Origin: Paraspadella gotoi
Taxonomy: Eukaryota; Animalia; Chaetognatha
Reading direction: 5' to 3'
Assembly (NCBI GenBank): GCA_051294375.1
Contig: CM119268.1
Span: 17,176,502 to 17,240,501 of the forward strand
Length of the DNA: 64,000 bases
The notes under the pieces were generated by a model. That model made no database searches. It saw only the letters and a program-made list of their open reading frames with translations, and had not been told where the DNA came from. Positions 51,257 through 64,000 of the stretch are shown piece after piece; the stretch's first letter is position 1; the number at the start of each line of letters is the position of its first letter. A program made the translations under genes and the position numbers.

Positions 51257-54200
51257 ATGAAGTCGTTGACATTTTGCATCGTTTGTTCCGGAATCTTCTT
51301 GGGGCTTCGCGGAGAATCGGTTGGAGAAAAAGGCGAAGACGAAAGGCTAACTCACCTCGCCGAGGGAAGTTTAAAAATTACATATTGATTCCGGTAAAAA
51401 AAAAGAAATTGCCAAATTAAAACAGAAGCTATTATTGTTATTATTTTCTTTTCTTAGAAAAAGCCTACAATGGGTTCGGCGTCTTTGAAGTCGTTCCCAC
51501 CACTGTGAAGCGACGATGAGAAATCTGAAGACTTTCTCCAGAAAATTGATGACGATTCCCGATGTGGAAGTTTACCCGCTTCCACACTAAACTCGGTCAG
51601 TTGTTACCACCTAATAATCTTTATTAAAAAATCTTTTAAATGATCTGAAATATTAAGTTTTTTAAAGTAAACAATGAATTCTCAATGACAAACTTAATAT
51701 AGATTTACCATAAGCTTATTTAGTGGAATAAATCAGTAAAATTTGGTTAGCATACACGAAGGAACTTGCACTGGCGCTTACCTGCTGAGGTCAATGTTTA
51801 TTATTTTCTTATTTATAATCTAATTGGACGTTATTATTTTTTCTTAGAATACAAAGGAATGACTCTGAAAGTCTCATGAAATCAATAATAATAAAAGCCT
51901 ATTTCAATGATTTTCAGTTATGAATAACGTCGTCAGCTTCGTTACTCCTCCGTCGTTGAGAGAAAGCGTTAAAAAGCAACTGAGAAGCCTCTTCTCACGT
52001 GGCGTCGCCAAAAGTGGGCGTGGCAAAGACGCCGAAAGCCGGCGGCGTCGTTTGAGCGAGACTGCTGACGACCTTTTGAGGAAAACAAACGAGGACGAAA
52101 TGTATCAGCCGATTCGGAAAACGACGAGTTTCAAGCCGATTCCGAAAACGAGGATCAAGGGAGGAAATCAAGTCGGCAACGACGAAGTCATGACAATAAC
52201 ACCGATAATTACGGACAGGTTTGATGAAAAAATCTGTGAAAATACTCACAAAATTGTTTTTTGAAAATATACTAACTAACGAAAAAAATGAATAAAAAAT
52301 TCTCTCTAAAGTGACCTTTTTCCCCCTCTTTTTTTTTCCTTTCCTTTCCTTTCCTTTCCTTTCCTTTCCTTTCCTTTCCTTTCCTTTCCTTTCCTTTCCT
52401 TTCCTTTCCTTTCCTCTCCTTTCCTTTCCTTTCCTTTCTTTCCTTTCACCTTTCCCTTTCCTCTTACTCCTTCCCTCCATGCCCAGATTCTTTGGAATCC
52501 GAGAATTCCACAACTCCTTCGCCGATTCCAGTTCCCATCGTCGGCCGATGGGTTCATCTGAAGCAACTCAACGATTGGCTCGACAAAATGGCGGATGAGA
52601 ATCCGAGGCGGGCGGAGATCTTCTTCGCCGGGCGTTCCGAGGAGGGCAGGATGCTGAAGGGCCTCGCAATCGGGCAGGGAGACGAGGTCAGTGTGGTTGG
52701 AGGGAGGTGGGGGGAGGTAAGTTTATTGGTTTGGGGGTCAGTGAAATTAGTGGAAAGGGACAACGAAACATATATGATTGGCGAACCAAAATGTAAAGAA
52801 ATGATATAAAAGTGTAGAAGTCAATATTCTTGGACAACAACTAAATGAAACATTCGAATTAAAGATAAATTTAAGTCGTTAACAAAGTCAATGACAAAAA
52901 TGAGACAAGGAAAACGATGATGATGAAACTGATTATCTAATTATGACGATGATGAGAATCTAATGATGATGACGATGATTATGACGATGCTCTACCGCTG
53001 ATGAGCTTCGCCTGTCAAGAGCCTCTGCCAGCGACCGCGACGTCAAGACGAGGGAAGCGGGGCGCGTCGAACGCGGAGATGAAACGGGCGGAGGCGTCGG
53101 ACCGAGAAGGAGACCGAGAAAATCATCAGCATCTCCCATCATCACCTTACAATAACTCCATCTGTCATCCTCACCTTACATTTAATTCTATCACTTTGCC
53201 CTTTTCATCAATTCGTATCTATTTTTTTTAAAACTACTCCTTTGTAAACTGGCTAATAGAATATACTAATTTTAGATACTAAACATTTTTCTTCCTCCTT
53301 TCCTTTTATTTTATTTTTCCCCTGATTTAGTATTCTTTACCGCTCTTTTGATGTACCTAATAGTCAACAGTTTTTTTTATTAAAAAAAAAGTAACGATTG
53401 AACAAACCTGCGATCAACGTAAAAAAATAAATATCCCAAACGCCTCCAATGAAAAAAAAAGGGTCTACGTTTCCACATCTCACCTTCTTTCACAAAAAAA
53501 AAGAAAAATAAACCTCGAAGCGAAACGGATTCACGTCGTCGACTTCTCTCCGGTATAACAAAAGAGAATCGACTAAAATAAAACACAACGAGGAAAGAAA
53601 AACAACAACAAAAAAAGAAAGAAAGAAGACAACCATATCTCAGACCCACAACCACAACCACAACCACAAAGACTAAGTCACATTGATAGAACGTCCACCA
53701 CCTCCGCTCATTTTTCCTTCTCCGGACAGAAATGCCCCGTGATCTGGATCCACGCGGGCATCCACGCCCGGGAGTGGATCGCCCCCGCCACATCCGTCTA
53801 CCTCATCGATCGACTCCTCAAGACCGAAGATCCGGTCGTCGTCGACATTTTGAAGCAGATCAAGATCTACGTCCTTCCGGTCGCTAATCCCGACGGGTGA
53901 GTTCAGTTGTCCTTGGAAATGGTGACTTTTGATAAGAGGTTTGGAAAGTAATATTTTCTTTTGAATATTTACGTAATACGTAGTCGAGGTGGCGAAGTTT
54001 AAAAATTTCGTGAGACATTTAAATTCTTTCGACTTCCAAACCAATCTTTAATTAACTTTTTTATTTTTCAATAAAAGTCTCAATTTATTTTTCCTTTTTC
54101 TTCACCCACCTTTTTTCCCCCTCCTTTCTCCCTCATCCAGTTACGTCTACTCGATAAAGTGCGATCGCCTGTGGAGAAAGAACATGAAAGGGGGCAGCAC

Positions 54201-55141
54201 CGACTACTGCTGCCGAGACCGCGAATATTGTTTCACGTAAGAAGTTAAAAGTGATGTTCGAAATCACGAACTCTCGATAAATCGGTGAATTAATGTCAAT
54301 AGTAAAGCTTTAAACGAATTCGGAAAGATCAAAAGAAAACTTGAGTCTAAAATCGAGGTTAAGTTTCAAATGTGAAAAAAATTAAACATATGTTGCATGC
54401 TTTTTAACTTATTTCCGTCTCGAGGCAAAATAATAATTTTTATATAAGCAGTTTTTCCGGTATAGCTAAGATTTTTTTGAATTGTAATTGCATCATAATG
54501 GTGCTTGGGGACGTGGACATGTTGTTTGATAAGTATATTGCCTTAATTTTTCTATATAGTCCTTTCACTCATTTTTATCATTTCTGACATAACATTTTTT
54601 TTTAATTTTGAAGTTGTCCAAAAGCATATCCTTCAAATCGCACATGAGTAAATAATATCACACCTAATAATGAGCACCATATTTATCTTTTCAAGGCTCC
54701 TCTTTATCTGATGCAGCAAAATTTTATAGAGACTCAAAATCAATGTCAAATCTATTTTTTAATGATTTGGGCCGATTTCCACCTATCTCTTTTTGTTCAC
54801 GTGAACTTATTTTTCAATTAAGTTAATAATATTTGGGTCAATGATAGAATAAACACTAAGCTTTTATTTGAGCTCTTTAACGATAATTTTTATAAAATAT
54901 TTAAAAAATCTCTTGCCATTTAAATAAAATTATAAGTTTTGATTCCGGACCCTGTACTATCAGTCCGACTGCCCCTCCCTCTTTATCTCACCCCCCCTTA
55001 TTACTAACTCCCCCAATTCGCGCTCCAGTTGCTTCGGGGTGGACTTGAACCGAAACTGGAACATGGCCTTCAACAAAGTCGGCGCCAGCTCCTGGCCTTG
55101 TGACCAAACCTTTCCCGGGGGATTCGCCTTCTCCGAGTCGG
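51257..55141 (+). CDS. M14A zinc carboxypeptidase (CPA/CPB-like) preproprotein, 5' half only
   Basis: Signal-peptide exon 51257-51368 ([19 protein letters not shown]). Prodomain exon from 51458 ([13 protein letters not shown]) has an apparent frameshift. Catalytic exons: ~52489-52686 (LNDWLDKM...GRSEEGRML), 53730-53896 ([15 protein letters not shown]...PVANPDG), 54141-54236 (DRLWRKN), 55029-55141 ([10 protein letters not shown]...FSE). No HSY or Glu270 exons were found in the window. Confidence 0.8.
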
Positions 55142-55529
55142 GTGGGTCGAGTTGGGGGTCGTCCCGGTGTAGACGGGGTGTACGGGGTGGACGGGGCGGG
55201 GGAGAGAAAAGGTTAAACTAAAAGTCATATGAAGAAAGTCGAGTCGATTTCTTGTCCGAGTAAGAAAAGAATAAACAGAAAAATAAAAATAAACAGAAAC
55301 CAGGAAAGGAATGAGCGAGTAACCTATGACAGAAAAATAGCTATAGAAATACATATATTTCCATATAAATTTTATTATATTTAAATATTAAACACAAAAA
55401 TATTTTAACAAATAAATAAAATCATAAATAATATTCATTTTAAAAATAAAAAAAATAAAGATAGTGAACAATTAATTTTGAAACATTCATATATAGGACG
55501 AGAGATAGTTTATATTTCTTATTAGTATA

Positions 55530-58500
55530 TCTAATTGGACGTTATTATTTGTTTCTAGAATACAAAGGAATTGACTCTAGTATAAGTTATGAAATAATTA
55601 AAAAGCCTATTTCAAATGATTTCAGTTATGCGAAATGACGGGTCGTCAGCTTTCGTACTGCCCGTTCCGCTTGAGAAGAAGCGTTAAAAAGCAACTGCAG
55701 AAGCCTCTTCTCACGTGGCATACGGGCCAAAAATGTGGGCGTGGCAAGACGCCGAAGCGCGGCGTCGTTGAGCGAGACTTGGACGACCGCTTTTGAGGAA
55801 CAATGAGGACGAATGTTCAGCCGATTTCGGAAAACGACGAGTTTTCAGCCGTTCCAGAAGACGAGGATCAAGGGAGGTAAGATCAAGTCGTGTCAACTGA
55901 CGGAAGGTCATGAACAATAACACCGATAATTTAGGACAAGTTTTTTGAGAAAAAATTGTGGAGAAATACTGCAAGCAAAATTGGTTTTTTGAAAAAATAT
56001 CTAACGTAAACGAAAAAAATGAATAGAAATTCTCTCATAAAGGACAATTTTTTCCCCCTTTCCTTTCTTTCTGTTCTCTTATCCTCCTTTGCCTTTCTTC
56101 CTTTCCTTCCTTACTTCCTCTTCCTCACTTCTTTCTTCGCCTCTTTCTCTCTACTTCCTTCTTCCTTCCTCGACAGATTCTTTGCGAATCCGAGGAATGT
56201 CCACACTGCGCGTGCGGGCTCAGCCGATTCCCAGTTCCAGATCGTCGGCCGATGGTTCATCTGAAGCATCCGTTGGGCTCGCAAAGATTGCGGTATGAGA
56301 TCCGAGGCGGGCGGAGATCTTACTTTGCCGGGCGTTCCGAGGAGGCAGGATGCTGAAGGCCCTGTCAATGCGGGGCAAGGGACGAGGTGAGTGGGGTTGG
56401 AGGGAAGTTGGGGGGAGGTAAGGTTTTATTGGTTGGTGGGGTCCAGTGAAAGTTAGTGGAACAAGGACACAGAAATTATGATTGGCGACCAAATGTCTAA
56501 GAATGTATTAAGTGTAGATCAATATTCTTTAGGGACAGAGACATACATAGTTCGAATCTTCAAGAAACATTCGAATTAAAGATAAGTTTAAGTCGTGTAA
56601 CAAAGTCAATGACAAATAATGAACAAGGAAACGATGATGAGAAAACTTGATTATCTATTTATGACGATGATGAGAGATCTAATGATGAATGACGATGATT
56701 ATAGACGATGCTCTAATCACGCTGATGAGCTTCCGCCTGTCAAAAGAGCTCTGCCAGGACCGCGATACGTCAAGCGGGGAGCGGGGCGACGTGCGAAGCG
56801 CGAGATGAAACGGGCGAGGCGATTCGGACCGGAGGGGAGGTGTAAAATCATCAAGCATCTCCCATCATCTTACATACTTTCATTAACTCGGTCATCCTCA
56901 CCTTACATTTAATTCTATCAACTTTGCCTTTGTCATCATTCGTATCTATTTTGTTAAAAGTACTCCTTTGTAACTGATATTGCTCTTACCGTGGCTAATA
57001 AAATATACTAAATTTTTAGATACTAAAATTGTTCTTCCTTCTTTCCTTCTTTTTTTTTTCCCCTGATTTAAGTATTCTTTACCGCTAATTTTGAAGTACC
57101 CGATTTAATAGTCCACAGTATTTTTTGTTATTAAAAAAAAGTAACGATTAGAACAACCTGCGATCAACGTAAAAAAATTAAATATCCAAACGCCCTCCAA
57201 ATGAAAAAAAGGGTCTACGTTTGCCACATCTCACCTTTCTTTCACAAAAAAAGAAAGAAAATAAACCTCGGAGCGAAACGGATTCACGTCGTCGACTTCT
57301 CTCCGGTATAAACAAAAGAGAATCGAACTAAAAATAAACACACAACGAGGAAAAGAAAACAACAACAAAAAAAATAAATGAAGACAACCATATCTCAGAC
57401 CCACAACCAACAAAAGTCACATTGATAGAACGTCCACCACCTCCGCTCATTTTTCCTTCTTCTAGCGGACAGAAATGCCCCGTGATCTGGATCCACGCGG
57501 CATCCACGCCGCGGGAGTGGATTCCGCCCCCGCACATCCGTCTACCTCATGCGATCGACTCCCTCAAGACCGACGAAAACGGTCGTCGTCGACATTTTGA
57601 AGGCAGATTCAAGAGATCTTCGTCCTTCCGGTCGCTAATCGTCCCACGGTGAGTTCAATTTGTCCTTGAAAGGTGCACTTTGATAGAGGTTTGGAAAGTA
57701 AATATTTTCTTTGAATATTTACGTAATACGGTATATATATACCTATAATAATACGGTAGTCGAAGGTGGCGAAGTTTAAAAATTTCGTGAGACAATTTAA
57801 ATCTTTCGACTTCCAAACCAATCTTTAATTAACTTGTTTTATTTTCAATAAAAGTCTCAATTTATTTTTCCTTTTTCTTCACCCACCTTTTTTCCCCCTC
57901 TTTTCTCCCTTGCCAGTTACGTCTACTCGATAAGTGGCGATCGCCTTGTGAGAAAGAACATGAAAGGGGCAAGCACCGACTACTGCTGCGAGACGGGCGG
58001 AATATATGAGTTTCACGTAAGAAGTTAAAAAGTGTTATGTTCGAAATCACGATTACTCTTCGATAATCGGTGAATTAATGTCATAGTAAATCTTTAAACG
58101 AATTCCGGAAAAGATCAAAGAAAACTTGAGTCTAAAATGCGAGGTTAGTTCAAAATGTGAAAAAAATTAAACATATGTTTGCATGCTTTTTAATTATTTA
58201 CGTCTCGAGCGCAAATAATAATTTTATTAAGCAGTTTTTTCGCGGTATAGCTAAGATTTTTTTTGAATTGTAATTGCATCATAATGGTGCTTGGGGACGT
58301 GGACATGTGTTTGATAAGTATATTCTGCTTAATTTTTCTAATATAGTCCTTTCACTCATTTTTATCATTTCTGACATAACATTTTTTTTTAATTTTGAAG
58401 TTGTCCAAAAGCATATCCTTCAAATCGCACATGAGTAAATAATATCACACCTAATAATGAGCACCATATTTATCTTTTCAAGGCTCCTCTTTATCTGATG

Positions 58501-59120
58501 GCAGCAAAATTTTAATAGAGACTCAAAATCAATGTCAAATCAATTTTTTAATGATTTGGGCGATTTCACCTTATCTCTTTTTGTTCCACTGTGAATTATT
58601 TTTCATTTAAGTTAATAATATTGTGGGTCAATGATAGAATAAACACAAAGCTTTATTTTGAGCTCTTTAACGATAATTTTTATAAAATATTTAAAAATCT
58701 CTTGCCATTTAAATAAAATTATAAGTTTTTGATTCCGGACCCTGTACTATCAGTCGACTGCCCCTCCCTCTTTATCTCACCCCTTATTACTAACTCCCCA
58801 ATTCGCGCTCCAGTTGTTTCGGGGTGGATCTTGAACCGAAACTGGAACATGCCTTCAAACAAGTCGGCGCCAGCTCCTGGCCTTGTGACCAAACCTTTTC
58901 CCGGGGATTCGCCTTCCTCCGAGTCGGGTGGGTCGAGTTGGGGGTCGTCCCGGTGTAGCGGGGTGTACGGGGTGGACGGGGCGGGGGAGAAGAAAAGGTT
59001 TAAACTAAAAGTCATATGAAGAAAGTCGACGTCGATTTCTTGTCCGAGTAAGAAAAAGAATAAACAGAAAAATAAAAATAAACAGAAAACAGAAAGGAAT
59101 GAGCGAGTAAACCTATGACA
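55530..59120 (+). pseudogene. Indel-riddled tandem copy of 51820-55340 (carboxypeptidase exons); probably an uncorrected long-read artefact rather than a true pseudogene
   Basis: Colinear with copy 1 including introns and flanks. Differences are dominated by 1-bp insertions and deletions that break every exon frame. Confidence 0.8.
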
Positions 59121-62100
59121 GAAAAATAGTATGGCTGCCACGTTACGATCGACGTCTTTTAGACAACGAAATCTGAACTTCATTTAATTTACCATCTTTT
59201 CTTGATCTCATTAGTTAGTATGAAGCTTACTTCATTTTAAAAAAACGTAGTCTCAAGTTATCTCCTTTTTGGGGATGTCAGTCGTTTCGGTCGACGGGTG
59301 GATCAAGTTTTCGCTTGAAATCGATTCTATATAAAATCCATGGTCAATTGTGCCTTAGCTAAAATAGTAATAATATGGTTAGATGTCTGGGAAAGTGTAG
59401 GGCTTGGGCAGGGCATCGAGGGTGAAGCGCGAGCGCGAATTTTAATTTTTTCATGTATTAAAATGCATTTGAAGTTTGACTGGTTGGACACCCTTCGACC
59501 ATTACCTCTCGTAGACGCAGTTCGTTCTTCTCAATCATAAGGAACCATACTCCACTTTTGACTTTATATTGAAAAGCCCAATGGTCTTCTCTCTCTCCAT
59601 TGATCTAAAAAAAGGTAAAAAATTTGCAAGCTTGTTGCTTGTTTTTGTAATTCAATGACTCCTTTTTAGCTCAATTTCCGAACGTGCATGGACGAAGAAA
59701 TGTCCTTTTGAATACATGGTTAGAAAGTACAGTGTCTCTACTTTCAATTTTTAGGTGAGCGCGAGCTAATAATTATCACAACGTTAAAAATAAATCCGGA
59801 GAAATCAAAGGGTTTTGCTTCGATTAATCATTCTATAAGTTGGACCAAACGCGCATAATTGCTTATTCAGCCGAATCAAAATCCGAAATGGACCATGGCC
59901 TTGCGAGAGCACGCGGTTTGCGAAAGAGGACCTTTTGACTTTTTTGTTGCTTCGTTTTATTGGTTGGCAACATCTTTTCCGCTGAATTTTAAAAAAATTA
60001 TATTATATTATATATTTTAGAATATTTATATACTTTTATTATTTTATATTATACTAATTTATGTTTTATTTCCTTTCTTATGACTTTGCCTACGAAGCGT
60101 TTCTGGTCGCGGAGCTAACGGCGAGGGAGTATGTGCGTCCGAAGCGAACAGGATTGATTATATTAAGAAAATAAAGAAAATTAAAGCTTACATAAGTTTT
60201 TATATTTAATTTTAATTATATAATACTATTTATTCAGTAACATAGTAAGTTTAAATAAGTATTCTATAAGTATTTACTTATTTTTGAGCGCTTGGCCTCG
60301 TAGCCGCGTCGGGATAGTGTCATTTGTCGTCGAAGAAAGAGGACTGGAGAAAAGACCCTTGGTCAGACCAATGACTGGATTTTATTAATGAATGGCGCTG
60401 CTCACCAAGGATTATGACAGGTAGAATTTATAGAATGTATTTTGTACATTTATATTATGTATAATTATTTAAATTGCATCACTCTCTATTTTCACACAGC
60501 TATAAAGCCTTAGTTTTATTTTGTCTGTTAGGTCGTGCTAAATTACTAGCAGTAATGATTTTTCATCCTATGTAACATTTCGTGACAGTAATATCTATGC
60601 AACCGTAAAATTTTAAAAATATTGAAGGACTAGTCGATTGAAGGTTCTGTTGGAATTTTTGTAATGTAAGGGGGAACTTTTAATCTGTTGAGAACGTCGT
60701 CTGTTTTCGATCACACACGGGCAATAAAGTCGCGTCTCAACGTCTCCATTGGTTCGAACCGACGAAACACGACAAATGGCAAAGCGATAAGAATTAGCAC
60801 AAACTAGAAGATATTGCATTCCTTGAATTTTACATATGTTTTTTTGTATTAATTATTCACTCTCGCCATGTACAATTAGGATCAATTGTATTATTTCAGA
60901 ATCTACTAAATTGTACTTTCGTTCGTTGTATTTCCTTTGTTAATAATCATTGCATGTAACAACTTGTAAACTTAATATTTAATCAATGTAAACAACGAAA
61001 CGGATCAAGCGTTCGACAAAATGGTCACTTGCTCCAATCAGAGGTCCAATCGTTTATATATAAACTCTGTAATTTTACATTCGTCGCTCGGAATTTTTGA
61101 TGAAATAAACCGTTACGTTGTACAAAAAGTGCTCCTTAATCGTAAACGTAAAGTTATTAATTCATGTGATAATAACGAGCGAATAACTAGAAAAGTATCC
61201 AGAATTTATATATATCGTGCGATCAGACCTGATCCGAAAGGCACTTGTAATTTAGACTTAACCTCCGATCCGTTTGTTTTGTTTACATTACAAATTTATA
61301 GTTAGATAAATAGTTAACAAGCAAGTAACTCATTTAATGTATACATATCAAACGAAAAGCATAGATTGCGTATTTTAACAATAACAATGATAAAGAATTG
61401 TAGCTACTAACTATTTTGTAAGTTATGCTAAAAACGTATCAATTTTCAAGGAATGTGCAAAATCTTGAGTTTTTTCTTTTTTTTGTCCGCAGCAGTTATT
61501 GATTTTGGTCTCGTTTTTTTTCTTGGCTCGGCCAATGAGCTCTGCAGGTGGAATACTTTTCAGTTTTCCCTTGTCGTGAATCCGATTGAGACAGCGTCTT
61601 CAATTGACCAAAATACTAGAAGGCACTAGTAATTAATTTTTTGGGGTACTTTTACCTTTCGCCGACCGGGGTTAGGAGGCGTAAGGGTTAAGGGTGGTTT
61701 AGGGTTAGGGGTGGTATAAAAAAATTGGTACATCTATACTATATATTAATGGAGGTACTCATAATTTTACTTCTTTACAGACTCAATAGATAAAGAGAGG
61801 AGAAAAACTTTTTATTTGTCAATGCGCGATCCACTCTGACCACGATTTTTTCCCAAACAAAGCAGTCACCAAAGAGGATTTTCACGTATTTTGGGAAAGA
61901 TGGACCGAGCCAATTACCGAACTTAATGTAAGTACTGAAGAGATAGTAATTATTGATAAGTGTTAATGACAGAACCGTTCAATATACAGCAGTACCCTGA
62001 GCTTCGGATCAGGCTGTAACCACATGTTACAGCGCGGTAAGCGCCGCGTCCCTCTTAACTGCAAGGCGGCCACCGGGTAGAACCCTGGACCTTTGGTTTG

Positions 62101-64000
62101 GGGGCGATACGAACTTGCCTCTGGCACGCAAAGATGAACGGTTGTGGAATTAGGTTCCCACCATAGTACTAAGTAGTACTGAGAGACTACTTGCGCTATA
62201 ATTCAATTTGACCTGTCTGTCCGTATTCTCTAATCGCATAAAAAGCACAAAAAGGAATCTATAAAATAAACGCACTATCAACTGTGAAAGTTGATATTAA
62301 AATCTACAAATTGAAACCCACTATCCTTACCAAACTATGGAAAATCGTGGCTTTGAGTACAGGTATTTTGTCAGTTCAGCTCTGTCTCAACAACGCTGAT
62401 TTCATGAGTTTGGTAAGCCTAGTGGGTTCATTGGATTCTCAACTATTAATTAATTAATTCTAAGTAAGTCTACTTTACACAGTTGATATTGCATTTATAA
62501 GATTAGGCTTTTATAGTGGCTTTTTTATGCACTTTGGTAGTTTTGAAAATTGGATTTTTCTATAATTTGATGAGAATTGGCGGTTTTAGTTGACAGTAAT
62601 TTCTTTAGTTCTTTGACAAGTTAGGCGAAACGTAATTTTGCTTGATCCGGACGGTAACATGAAGATAAGGCCGCGGGCTCAAAAGTCATCTGCGTGGAGC
62701 GTCGTCATTAGCCAATCCGCGATTCAAGTTAATTTTTTCCAAGTTAATTTTGTTATATCAAATCAATGATAATTAGTGTTTAACTGTTTATATTTCTGAT
62801 TTTTAAATGCACAATAAATTCCACTTTTGTAACTGCAACTTTATTTTGGCTACCTTCTTATTGATGACATAATAAGTAAATGCCGGCTTGATTCTGTTGA
62901 ATGTTCGAAATTTTAAATTTTAAAAATTTAGAGTTAGAATTCTATGTGATGTGCCTTGATCTGATCTTTATTGTAATCTGAATGAAAAATTAACCAAAAT
63001 TTGTTGATAAATTAACGCCCCTTATTAGTGGATTTGTATAGCAAGTCTTGTTTCTAAAACTTCTTTATCCGAATTTTAATTATTTTATTTATTCTAAAAA
63101 TGGTCCTCCCAAAAAAAATTAAGGTTTAATTTATGCAGAGATGGAGAGAGAGAGAGACACACAATCAAAGCTTCCCAACAAATATTTAGAAAAGGACACT
63201 TTCTTCAGGTGTGAGGCAGATAAGACAGATATACACAATGTACTATTAAAACAAAATAATAATAAGTACTCTGATGGCAGCATATAGTAATTCAATTATT
63301 GTAATTTTTCTCTCTTAATCCTGCTCCATTTTAGTTGGATCTGTTATGCAGCAGATCCGACTTTATAATTCCTTGGTTCAGTCCGTCGGGTCCGCCCCCT
63401 CAATCTGTCGGGCATTCACGTTAAATCATGTCAGAACATCCGAATTATGAATAACATTATTGCAAAAGATTGCGTAAAAGATGTGGCCGCGTCCCATTCA
63501 CTTACCTCACACAAGGACGTTAGGATTTTGGAACTAGTTGGTAATGTTTATTTTATCAAATTGGCGACGAAGAAACGGAGATAAAGTTGAGTTTATTAAA
63601 AACGATGGATGAATATTAATTGAATTTAATTTCGACAGTTAAACAAGTACATGACAAAAATGAAATTAAAATGACGTGCACCACCGCTGTGTTCAAGCGT
63701 TTAACGTCGCGGGGGGTTTTTCGAGTGGCACTAATTTTCTGTTCTCTCTCGCTGAACGTTTCTAACACATATCGGGATATTATGGTAACAGGGGGTATCG
63801 TGGCGATGCCTGGGAGGGCATGCTCCCTATCCGCTGGCGCTTCAGGTTTGGAACTGCAGAGAGCTACGCCACGTTACTGGGCGTGTTTATGCCGACACAA
63901 TGACAACTTTAAACTCAGGCGTGACGGTGACTGGGATGGAACCCGGAAAATTATGGTCGGTGAAAGAGTCCGCTTGTGTACAAGCCCAATGGGACGAAGT

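Noticed and set aside
55530-59120. Programmed frameshifting or RNA-editing-dependent gene
   Set aside because: Indels are equally present in introns and an intact neighbouring copy exists; sequencing error is the simpler explanation.
63700-64000. Open frames at the right edge (e.g. ALQVWNCRELRH...GKLWSVKES)
   Set aside because: Truncated by the window, with no recognisable motif or start.

Overview
Eukaryotic (bilaterian invertebrate-like) genomic scaffold with GC-rich exons, AT-rich introns, dense (AG)n/(AAAG)n/(AAT)n microsatellites and four N-gaps. Gene models were reconstructed by hand from splice phases. Left to right: a protein 4.1/coracle FERM gene (-, runs off the left edge); a small unassigned 6-exon gene (+, ~107 aa); a Trio-GEF2/p63RhoGEF-like DH-PH gene (-, 5' end unresolved); an RFX X-box followed by two ciliary genes 314 nt apart, IFT74 and CFAP53 (+); a divergent CD36/scavenger receptor class B gene (-) with three tRNA-Pro genes in one intron; and the 5' half of an M14A carboxypeptidase (+) followed by an indel-riddled tandem copy. 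The two local duplications (about 44-46.7 kb and 51.8-59.1 kb) look like long-read gap-filling artefacts. The most interesting signal is a ~740-bp non-coding TRIM-type LTR retroelement (TG..CA LTRs, PBS-like TGG, 131-bp interior) whose LTRs embed a tRNA-like Pol III promoter. A solo LTR of the same family with a perfect 4-bp target-site duplication lies in a CFAP53 intron.
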